From an uncultured delta proteobacterium (GTDB lineage: Bacteria > Myxococcota > Myxococcia > Myxococcales > Myxococcaceae): a DNA stretch of 64,000 bases. A program made the translations under genes and the position numbers. The stretch spans positions 8,979-72,978 of the forward strand of contig CAVZMH010000009.1 of assembly GCA_963776345.1 (NCBI GenBank), in the 5' to 3' direction. Under the pieces are notes generated by a model that saw only the letters and a list, made by a program, of their open reading frames with translations, was not told where the DNA came from and made no database searches. Below, in pieces: positions 51,841 to 59,698 of the stretch (the stretch's first letter is position 1; each line of letters begins with the position of its first letter).

Positions 51841-52977
51841 ATGCCCCGTCGCGTCCTCGTCCTCGCCACCGTCGCTGCAGGTCTCGCCGTCGTCGCCCTC
51901 GAGCTGGTCATGCGGTGGGTGGCCGCACAGCCTCCCGAGGGTGCGCAGGTCATCCACCGCCTCGCCCGGAACCCGGGCGAGCCGCTTCCGACCCTCTGGC
52001 CCGTGCCGTCGTACCGGCTGGTGGACCAGGCCGGTCGGACCCGGACGCCGGACGAGCTGCGCGGGTCGGTGTGGATCGCCGACTTCATCTTCACCAGCTG
52101 CAAGAGCGTCTGCCCGGTGCTCTCGGCGAGGATGGTGCAGGTCCAGCGGGCCATCCAGGACCCGCGCCTGAAGTTCGTCAGCTTCTCGGTCGACCCCGAG
52201 CGCGACACGCCCGAGGCGCTCCGGGCCTACGCCGCGCGCTGGGCGCCGGACGAGTCGCGCTGGACGCTCCTCGCCACCACCAAGGAGAGCCTCGTGGACC
52301 TGGCGAAGGGGATGAAGACCTTCGTCGAGCGCCAGCCCGACCCCGACGCCACGCTCCACACCACCGAGATGTTCCTGGTCGACGCGCAGGGCCGCGTTCG
52401 CGGGCTGTACGGCACCGATGCCGACGCGTTTCCCCAGCTCATCCCGGATGCCCGGCGACTCCTCGGAGAGCTCGCGGGCGGCCCGCAGGCCAGCGCACCG
52501 GGCGAGGGCGCCGAGGCCGGGGACGGGACCACGCTCTACCGGCAGCTCGGCTGCGCCGGATGCCACGAGGTCCCCGCCATCGCCCCCTCGCTCGCCGGTC
52601 TCGCTGGCCGCACGGTCATGCTCGCCGACGGCCGCACGGCGCTGGCGAACGCCGAGTACCTCCGCGAGTCGCTCCTCGAGCCGGACGCCAAGGTCGTGGC
52701 GACGTACCCACCGTCGATGCCCAGCTACCGCGGCCACCTCTCGGAGGCCCAGGTGACGGCGCTGGTCCAGCACCTCCAGGGCTGGAAGGCGCCCCCGGAG
52801 TCCGGCGCCCCGGCGACCGTCGCCAGCGAGGGCGCGGCGGTGGACCCGGTCTGCGGCATGCAGGTTCACGCCGGACCGGACACCCCGCACGTCACCCACG
52901 ACGGGCACACCGTGTACTTCTGCTCCGAGCACTGCCGGGAGCGGTTCGTCGCCAATCCGGGCGCCTTCGCCCGCTGA
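51841..52977 (+). CDS. SCO1/SenC - cytochrome c - YHS fusion protein
   Basis: FTSCKSVCP, SVDPERD, TLHTT; CAGCH with MPSY; DPVCGM...YFCSEHC. Confidence 0.88.
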   Translation: MPRRVLVLATVAAGLAVVALELVMRWVAAQPPEGAQVIHRLARNPGEPLPTLWPVPSYRLVDQAGRTRTPDELRGSVWIADFIFTSCKSVCPVLSARMVQVQRAIQDPRLKFVSFSVDPERDTPEALRAYAARWAPDESRWTLLATTKESLVDLAKGMKTFVERQPDPDATLHTTEMFLVDAQGRVRGLYGTDADAFPQLIPDARRLLGELAGGPQASAPGEGAEAGDGTTLYRQLGCAGCHEVPAIAPSLAGLAGRTVMLADGRTALANAEYLRESLLEPDAKVVATYPPSMPSYRGHLSEAQVTALVQHLQGWKAPPESGAPATVASEGAAVDPVCGMQVHAGPDTPHVTHDGHTVYFCSEHCRERFVANPGAFAR

Positions 52978-52988
52978 CCGCCCCCACG

Positions 52989-53519
52989 TCAGTGCTGCCG
53001 GCGCTTCTTCCGGTGCGGAGGAGGGGGCTTCGGCCGCTCGCGCTCGCCGCTGGTCTGGAACTCGAGCCGCTGCTCGGGCACCTCCTTGCCGCTGCCGTCG
53101 TCGAACGTCGCGCCCGACTGCGCGTCGACGAGCACCGCGTACCGGTGGCCGGGCTCGAGCGGCTTGAGGAGATCGATGTGGTAGCGGAACGCGGTCGGGC
53201 TCTCCTCGGGCACGTCGTCCGACTCGAGCGCCCGGTCCGACTCGTCCAGCACCCGGATGCGCGCGTTGTGGAGCGGCCGGTTGCTCTCCACCAGGAGCTG
53301 CCGCGACGGTGAGACCACCGGGGTCTCCAGCCCGAGCAGGGCGTGGCGCTCGGTCCCGCCGTCCGGAAGGGTCGCCAGGAGATCCAGGGCCAGGGGCACC
53401 GTCGGCCCGGCATCGACCACGGCTGCCACCGGACCGGCGTCCGGCGCCGCAGGCTGGGTCCTCGGGCAGCCGGTGGCCACCAGCGCGAGCGCCCAGAGCC
53501 CCACCTTCCACGTGCGCAT
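52989..53519 (-). CDS. Hypothetical lipoprotein
   Basis: MRTWKVGLWALALVATGC lipobox; beta-rich body. Confidence 0.7.
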   Translation of the reverse strand: MRTWKVGLWALALVATGCPRTQPAAPDAGPVAAVVDAGPTVPLALDLLATLPDGGTERHALLGLETPVVSPSRQLLVESNRPLHNARIRVLDESDRALESDDVPEESPTAFRYHIDLLKPLEPGHRYAVLVDAQSGATFDDGSGKEVPEQRLEFQTSGERERPKPPPPHRKKRRQH

Positions 53520-53547
53520 CGAGCCGTGGACGTTAGCTTGCCGGGCC

Positions 53548-54540
53548 ATGGCGGACACGCTCCGGTTCAGGAACCTCGACGGGTCGGGCGCGGTCTCGTT
53601 CGGCCGCGTGCTGCGGTGGGCCCTGGTGGACCGGCTCGCGGGCCGGCGACGCCGGGCTCCTGCCCGGGCCCCGGTTCCAGAGGTCCGGGCCGACGCCGAG
53701 GCGCTGCGGAAGCCGCCGCTCGATGGACTGAGGGTCACCTGGCTCGGACACGCGAGCTGGCTCGTCCAGGGCGCCAGCACCTCGGTGCTCATCGACCCGG
53801 CCCTCGGCCCCCGCATCTCCGGGGTCATCCCCCGGAATGCCGGGCCCGGGCTCGCGGTGGACGCGCTCCCGCGCATCGACGCCTCGCTGGTCACCCACAA
53901 CCACTACGACCACCTGGACCTCCCCACGCTCCGGGCGGTCGGCGCACCGGTCGTCGCCGGGCTGGGCACGCGGCCGAACCTGCGCGGCCTTCCCTGCAGC
54001 GAGCTGGGCTGGTGGGACCGCCAGCACGTGGGAGGCCTGCAGATCACCTTCGTGCCGAGCCAGCACTGGAGCCGGCGCGGCGTGGCGGACATCAACCGGG
54101 CGCTGTGGGGCGGCTTCGTGGTCGAGGGCGGCGGCGCGCGCGTCTACCATGCCGGCGACACCGCGTACTTCGGCGGGTTCAAGGAGCTCGGCCAGCGCTT
54201 CCCCGCGCTCGACGCCGCGCTCCTCCCCATCGGCGCCTACGACCCGGAGTGGTTCATGCGGCCGCAGCACATGAACCCCGAGGACGCGGTCCAGGCCTTC
54301 GTCGATCTCGGCGCGCGGCGGCTGGTGGCGATGCACTGGGGGACCTTCAAGCTCACCGACGAGCCGCTCGACGAGCCGCCGAAGCGTCTCCGCGCCGCCT
54401 GGGAGCGACGCGGGCTTCCCGAGGACGCGCTCGCCATCCCGGCCATCGGCGAGTCGCTGGAGCTCCCCGGAGGCGAGGCGACGGTCGTGGAGGCCGGGAG
54501 CGGCAGCGGGGCGCCGCCCGGGGCTCAGGCGGCCGACTGA
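53548..54540 (+). CDS. Metallo-beta-lactamase-fold hydrolase (NAPE-PLD/RomA-like)
   Basis: TWLGHAS, THNHYDHLD, QHWSRR, AGDTAY, PIGAY, HWGTF. Confidence 0.92.
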   Translation: MADTLRFRNLDGSGAVSFGRVLRWALVDRLAGRRRRAPARAPVPEVRADAEALRKPPLDGLRVTWLGHASWLVQGASTSVLIDPALGPRISGVIPRNAGPGLAVDALPRIDASLVTHNHYDHLDLPTLRAVGAPVVAGLGTRPNLRGLPCSELGWWDRQHVGGLQITFVPSQHWSRRGVADINRALWGGFVVEGGGARVYHAGDTAYFGGFKELGQRFPALDAALLPIGAYDPEWFMRPQHMNPEDAVQAFVDLGARRLVAMHWGTFKLTDEPLDEPPKRLRAAWERRGLPEDALAIPAIGESLELPGGEATVVEAGSGSGAPPGAQAAD

Positions 54541-55164
54541 CCGACCTGCTGTGCGAGGTGGACCAGGTCGACGACCGAGGCGGCGCCCAGCTTCTGCATC
54601 ACCCGGCCGCGGTGGACCTTGATGGTCTTCTCGGTCGTCCCGAGCTCGGCGGCGATGCGCTTGTTCGGCCTTCCGAGCGCGACCAGCCCGAACACCTCCC
54701 GCTCGCGCGGGGTCAGGGACGAGAGCCGACGCGACGCCGCCTCGATCGCCGCCCGGGCCTCTCTCCACGCTCGCCCACGCGCCACCGCCCGGATGACCGC
54801 GTCGAGGAGCGGCCCGTCCGCGACGGGCTTCTCGAGGAAGTCGATCGCGCCGTACTTCATCGCCTGAACGCAGCTCCTGCACGTCCGCCTCCCCGCTGAC
54901 GAAGACGACGGGAAGACGCCCTGCGCGCTGCTGGATGACCGGGAGCAGGTCCAGCCCGGTGCACTCGTCGAGCCAGAGATCGAGGATCAGACAGTCGGGC
55001 CGCTCGAGCTCGAGCCGCTGGAGCAGGTCGGTGGAAGAGTGCAGCGAGACCACATGGAGAGCGGCCGAGTGGAGAAGCCGGGCGAGCGCGGCATTGACCG
55101 CGCGGTCGTCATCGACGACCCACACGACCGGTGTACCGTCCGGAAGCTGACCTTGGAGCGGCAT
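54525..55164 (-). CDS. FixJ/NodW-family response regulator (REC + LuxR HTH); +1 frameshift at 54876-54877
   Basis: VVDDD, LILDL; removing one base gives DVQSCVQAMKYGAIDFLEKP; LTPRERE...NKRIA...TIKVHR. Confidence 0.88.
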
Positions 55165-55197
55165 CGTCGGACACTTAACAGGGGGTGAAGTGTTCGA

Positions 55198-55213
55198 TGC
55201 CATGCAATTGCCA
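55198..55213 (-). promoter_or_regulatory. Candidate sigma-54 (-24/-12) promoter of the FixJ-like gene
   Basis: Minus strand reads TGGCAATTGCATGGCA (GG-N10-GC), ending 33 nt before the ATG. Confidence 0.4.
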
Positions 55214-55398
55214 GCCGTAGCGCGGTGCGTCAATAAGAAACCCTATCACGCGCGGTCACCAGCCATCGGGGCGCTCATCCTCGGGGCTTGCGATTCCTCG
55301 AACCCACGGCGAAATCTGGGGCCGCCGGTCGCCGCGCCCAGGGGGAGCTCGGTGGACCGGTCCCGCTGCCTGGCCTCACCCCCTGACCGGAGGGTCCG

Positions 55399-55974
55399 AT
55401 GATTCACGAGCTCGCGCGCAACTGGGGCTGGATCGCGCTGCGCGGCGCCCTGGCGCTGGTGTTCGGGGTGGTCGCCATCGCCTCGCCCGTCTCCGCCTTC
55501 GCGGCCATCGTCCTGCTGTTCGGGGCCTACGCCTTCGCCGACGGGGTCTTCGCCCTGGTGGCGCTCTTCCGCGGCGCGGCCCGGGACCGCTTCTGGGTGC
55601 TGGTGCTGGAGGCGGTGGTGGGCATCGGCATCGGCATCCTGACCATCGCCCGGCCGGCGGCCACCGCGCTGGCGCTGCTCTACTACGTGGGCATCTGGGC
55701 GATCCTGACCGGCATCCTCGAGCTGGTGGCGGCGATCCGGCTCCGGAAGGAGATCACCGGCGAGTTCTGGCTCGGGCTCGCAGGGGTGCTGTCCATCGTG
55801 TTCGGGGTGCTCCTCTTCGCCACCCCGGGCGCGGCGGCGCTTGCGCTCGCGGTCTGGATCGGCGCGTACGCCATCGTCTTCGGAGTCGCGCTGCTCCTGC
55901 TCGCGTTCCGGCTCCGGCGCTTCCACGAGGGCCACCCGGGCGCGGGCCAGACCCCGGCGAGCGCGACCCGCTGA
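55399..55974 (+). CDS. HdeD/DUF308 membrane protein
   Basis: NWGWIALRG...FGAYAFADG, six TM helices, GGAGG RBS. Confidence 0.92.
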   Translation: MIHELARNWGWIALRGALALVFGVVAIASPVSAFAAIVLLFGAYAFADGVFALVALFRGAARDRFWVLVLEAVVGIGIGILTIARPAATALALLYYVGIWAILTGILELVAAIRLRKEITGEFWLGLAGVLSIVFGVLLFATPGAAALALAVWIGAYAIVFGVALLLLAFRLRRFHEGHPGAGQTPASATR

Positions 55975-55993
55975 GCCGACACCGGCTGCCGCG

Positions 55994-56665
55994 CTAGCCG
56001 ACGTGCTCCCGGAGGAAGGCGAGCGTCCGCTCCCGCGCCAGCGCGGCGCTCCTCGGCTCGTGGCTCTTCCGCTCGTCGCAGCTGAAGCCATGGCCGGCGC
56101 CCGGGTACGTATGGACGGTCGCGCCCGGGACTGCGCGGCGGATCTTCTCCACGTCGGCCAGCGGGATTCCCGCGTCCTCCTCGCCGAAGTGGAGCATCAC
56201 CGGCACCCGGGGAGGCTGGTCGAGCCGCCCGGCGATCTGCCCGCCGTAGTAGCCCACCGCGCAGGACAGCCCCTGGAGGCGGCCCGCGCTCAGGAAGGCC
56301 AGCGAGCCTCCCCAGCAGTAGCCGACCACACCCACCCGGCCCGCCTCCGCGGCCGCGTTCACCGTGGCCTGGATGTCGGCCAGGGGCGTGTCCCAGCCGA
56401 CCTGGGCCACGAACGGCCGCCCCTCGGCGATGCCCGCCGCGTCGTACCCCAGCTCCACCCCGGGACGGACCCGGTCGAACAGCGCCGGGGCGAGGGCGAG
56501 GTAGCCGTCCCTGGCGAAGCCGTCCGCCACCGAGCGGATGTGGTGGTTGACGCCGAAGATCTCCTGGACGACGACCACCGCCCCGCGCGGGCTCCCCGGC
56601 GGCTCCGCCCGGTAGACCGAGAAGCGCGTGCCGTCGGCCGAGGTGAGCTGCGTGGGAGGAGTCAT
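55994..56665 (-). CDS. Dienelactone hydrolase family protein
   Basis: QEIFGVN, GYCWGG nucleophile elbow, HFGEED, YPGAGHGF; start ATG at 56665 overlapping the upstream stop. Confidence 0.93.
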   Translation of the reverse strand: MTPPTQLTSADGTRFSVYRAEPPGSPRGAVVVVQEIFGVNHHIRSVADGFARDGYLALAPALFDRVRPGVELGYDAAGIAEGRPFVAQVGWDTPLADIQATVNAAAEAGRVGVVGYCWGGSLAFLSAGRLQGLSCAVGYYGGQIAGRLDQPPRVPVMLHFGEEDAGIPLADVEKIRRAVPGATVHTYPGAGHGFSCDERKSHEPRSAALARERTLAFLREHVG

Positions 56666-59541
56666 GGGGGCGGGCTCGCGGTCTCCATCGCGCGGGTGGC
56701 CGCCTCGAGCGCCAGAGCGAAGTTCTGCCAGGGACGCCCCGTCGCCCGGTGCATCCCGATGGTGCAGGGATGGTTGGAGATCAGGTACGCGTCGAAGCTC
56801 CGCTCCGCGATCTCCGCCGCCTCGGCCCTCGTCGCCGAGGCCGTCAGCTCGGGGTGGAGGAAGCCCCGGTCCCCGGCGAAGCCGCAGCACCCGGCCCGGT
56901 CGGGGACCACCACCTCGTCGGCGACGAAGCGGCCGATGGCGACGAGCTTCGGCGTCAGCCCCATCTCCACCACCGAGCAGACCGGATGGACGCAGGCCGA
57001 GGCGACCCGGCGCTCCGCCCGGAGCCGGGGGATCAGCGTGTCGTGGACGAACTCGACCGAGTCGAGGATGCGCAGGCGGTCGAACCGCTCCTGATTCACC
57101 GGGGTGAGCGAGGCGCGCGCCCCCCGGAGCCCGTGCGTGCACGAGCTCCCCTCGACCACCACCGGCAGCCGGCCCTCCCCGGTCCAGCGCCACAGGCGCT
57201 CCACCGTGGCGTTGCTCATCGCGAAGTCTCCGTCGACGTATCCCTTCGAGTGCCACGGCGTGCTGCAGCAGGCGCCGGCGATGTCCTCGGGGATGTGGAC
57301 CGGCACCCCGGCACGGCGGGCCAGCGCCACCAGCGCCTCGGGGATGGTGGGCCGCGCGGGCTCGCCCTCGACCGGACCGAACATCCGGAGCATGCAGGCG
57401 GGGAAGTAGACGGCCTGCGCGCCCTCCGCAGGCGTGCGCGGCAGGGGCGCCGCGGCGCGGGGGATGTCCCTGCTCCAGCGGGGGACCAGGTCCTCGCCGA
57501 GCACCGTGCGGAGCGCGCCGGTCAGCGCACCGACCGCGCGATGGCCCACCACGGAGGCGAGCGCGTGCCCCGCGGCCAGCCCCGCCCGGGCCATCCGCTC
57601 GCTGGTGCGGGCTCCGGTGGCGGCGGCACGGCCTGCGCTCCGGCCGAACGCGGAATGCCGCTCCGCCCGGAAGCGCTTCACCAGCGCGCCGGTGTCGATC
57701 GAGACCGGGCAGCGCGTCTGGCACATGCCGTCGCCGGCGCAGGTGTCGAGCCCCGCGTACTGGTAGTCCCGCCGGAGCTCCTCGGCGAGCGTCCCGGATG
57801 TCTGCCGCTCCAGCTCGCGGCGAACCACGATCCGCTGGCGCGGGGTGAGCGTCAGCTCGCGACTCGGGCAGACCGGCTCGCAGAAGCCACACTCGATGCA
57901 CATGTCGGCCTCGCGCTCGATCGAGGGCAGCGACTTGAGGTGCTCGAGGTGCGCCTTCGGGCCGGTGGGGACGATCACCCCGGGGTTGAGAAGATTCTGC
58001 GGGTCCACCAGCGCCTTGAGCCGCCGCATGATGGCCAGCCCCTCGGGTCCCCACTCGGTCTCCACGAACGGCGCCATGTTGCGGCCGGTGCCATGCTCGG
58101 CCTTGAGCGCGCCGTCGTACTTGCGGACCACCAGCGGCACGAGGGCGTCGATGAAGCGCGCGTACTGGTCCACCGCGGCCTGGTCGTTGAAGGACTGGGT
58201 GATGACGAAGTGCAGGTTCCCGTCTTTGGCGTGGCCGAAGATGATCGCGTTGTCGTAGCCGTGCGCGCGGAAGAGCCCCTGGAGGTCCACCGCCGCGTCC
58301 GCGAGGTGGGGGATGGGGAAGCACACGTCCTCGATCAGGACCGTGGTGCCGCTCCTCCGGACGCCGCCCACCGTGGGGAACAGGCCCTCGCGCACCCGCC
58401 AGAAGTGCGTCTGCAGCTCGGGATCCTGGCTGAACTCCCCCGGCACGACCAGCGGCAGCCGGCGCGTCACCGCCTCGGCGGCCTGCATCAGCGAGGGAAG
58501 CTCGGACTCCTTCCCGGTCTGAAACTCGCAGAGCAGCGCTGCCGGTGCGGCGCCCAGGTGCCCGAGGTCCGACGGCATCCCGGGCTTCCCCGCGGCGGCG
58601 CGGAGGCTGGCCGCGTCCAGCAGCTCCAGCGCCCGCGCGCCGGCGTCGCGGAACGGGGCGATGGCCGCGCAGGCGTCGTGGATGTCGCCGAAGAAGAGCA
58701 GCCCCGTCGACTTGTGGGGGAGCACCGGCACCGTGTCCAGCACCGCCTCGGCGATGAAGGCCAGCGTCCCCTCCGAGCCGACGAGGAGGTGGGCGAAGAG
58801 GTCCACCGGCCGGTCGTAGTCGAGGAAGGCGTTGAGCTGGTACCCGGTGGTGTTCTTCATCCGGTACTTCGCCCGGATGCGCTCCGCCAGCCCGGGCCGC
58901 GAGCGCACCTCGTCGCGGAGCGTGAGCAGGCCCTGGTGGAGCGCCGGCTCGCGTGCGCGGAGCTGGGCGTCGGCGTCGTCGGCGGCGGTGTCGATGCGGG
59001 TGCCGGAGGGGAGGACGAAGGTCAGCGAGCGGAGCGTGTGGTAGCTGTTCTGCTCCACGCCGCAGCACATCCCGCTGCTGTTGTTGGCCAGGATGCCCCC
59101 CAGGGTGCAGGAGCGGATGCTCGCCGGGTCCGGTCCGATCTTCCGTCCGAAGGGCCGGAGCAGCGCGTTGAGGTGGTCGCCGATCATCCCCGGCCGGGCC
59201 CGGATGCGGAGCCCGCCGTCCTCCACCCGGGCCCACCGCCAGTGGCGCGCCACCTCGACCAGGAGCCCGTCCGACAGCGACTGCCCGGAGAGGCTGGTTC
59301 CGGCAGCGCGGAAGGTGAGGGGGATGTTCCGGGCGCGGCTCAGGGCGAAGAGTCGCTGCACCTCCTCCACCGAGCCGGCGAGCACCACCGCCTCGGGGAG
59401 CAGCCGGTAGAAGCTCGCGTCCGAGGCGAAGGCGACCCGATCCAGGGCGCGGGTGAGGACCCGGTCCGGTGACACGCAGCGGGCGAGCTCCTCCACCAGG
59501 TCCCGCACCGGGGGTAGCAACTGCGTGGAATCGGCGGCCAT
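56662..59541 (-). CDS. FAD- and Fe-S-containing D-lactate dehydrogenase (Dld-II type)
   Basis: ASDASFYRL, FRAAGTSLSGQ, GPDPAS, KNTTGY, GHAKDGNLHF, AEHGTGRN, CIECGFCEPVCP, CCG domains. Confidence 0.9.
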   Translation of the reverse strand: MAADSTQLLPPVRDLVEELARCVSPDRVLTRALDRVAFASDASFYRLLPEAVVLAGSVEEVQRLFALSRARNIPLTFRAAGTSLSGQSLSDGLLVEVARHWRWARVEDGGLRIRARPGMIGDHLNALLRPFGRKIGPDPASIRSCTLGGILANNSSGMCCGVEQNSYHTLRSLTFVLPSGTRIDTAADDADAQLRAREPALHQGLLTLRDEVRSRPGLAERIRAKYRMKNTTGYQLNAFLDYDRPVDLFAHLLVGSEGTLAFIAEAVLDTVPVLPHKSTGLLFFGDIHDACAAIAPFRDAGARALELLDAASLRAAAGKPGMPSDLGHLGAAPAALLCEFQTGKESELPSLMQAAEAVTRRLPLVVPGEFSQDPELQTHFWRVREGLFPTVGGVRRSGTTVLIEDVCFPIPHLADAAVDLQGLFRAHGYDNAIIFGHAKDGNLHFVITQSFNDQAAVDQYARFIDALVPLVVRKYDGALKAEHGTGRNMAPFVETEWGPEGLAIMRRLKALVDPQNLLNPGVIVPTGPKAHLEHLKSLPSIEREADMCIECGFCEPVCPSRELTLTPRQRIVVRRELERQTSGTLAEELRRDYQYAGLDTCAGDGMCQTRCPVSIDTGALVKRFRAERHSAFGRSAGRAAATGARTSERMARAGLAAGHALASVVGHRAVGALTGALRTVLGEDLVPRWSRDIPRAAAPLPRTPAEGAQAVYFPACMLRMFGPVEGEPARPTIPEALVALARRAGVPVHIPEDIAGACCSTPWHSKGYVDGDFAMSNATVERLWRWTGEGRLPVVVEGSSCTHGLRGARASLTPVNQERFDRLRILDSVEFVHDTLIPRLRAERRVASACVHPVCSVVEMGLTPKLVAIGRFVADEVVVPDRAGCCGFAGDRGFLHPELTASATRAEAAEIAERSFDAYLISNHPCTIGMHRATGRPWQNFALALEAATRAMETASPPP

Positions 59542-59698
59542 GGGGCGCAATCAAAGCGATCCCGGTGGCTCCTGGCGAGGTTCTCGCAAGCACCTGGCGT
59601 CCGGAGCTGCCGGGGCCCGCGGGGGCGCACCTTTTGCGCGAAACCGCCCCCCGGCGCGCGAAAGCCGTGGCACACACCCCGACAGGAGGCATCCTCCG

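Noticed and set aside
59668..59683. Sigma-54 promoter for ppdK (TGGCACAC...)
   Set aside because: The -12 position reads GA instead of GC at the required spacing.
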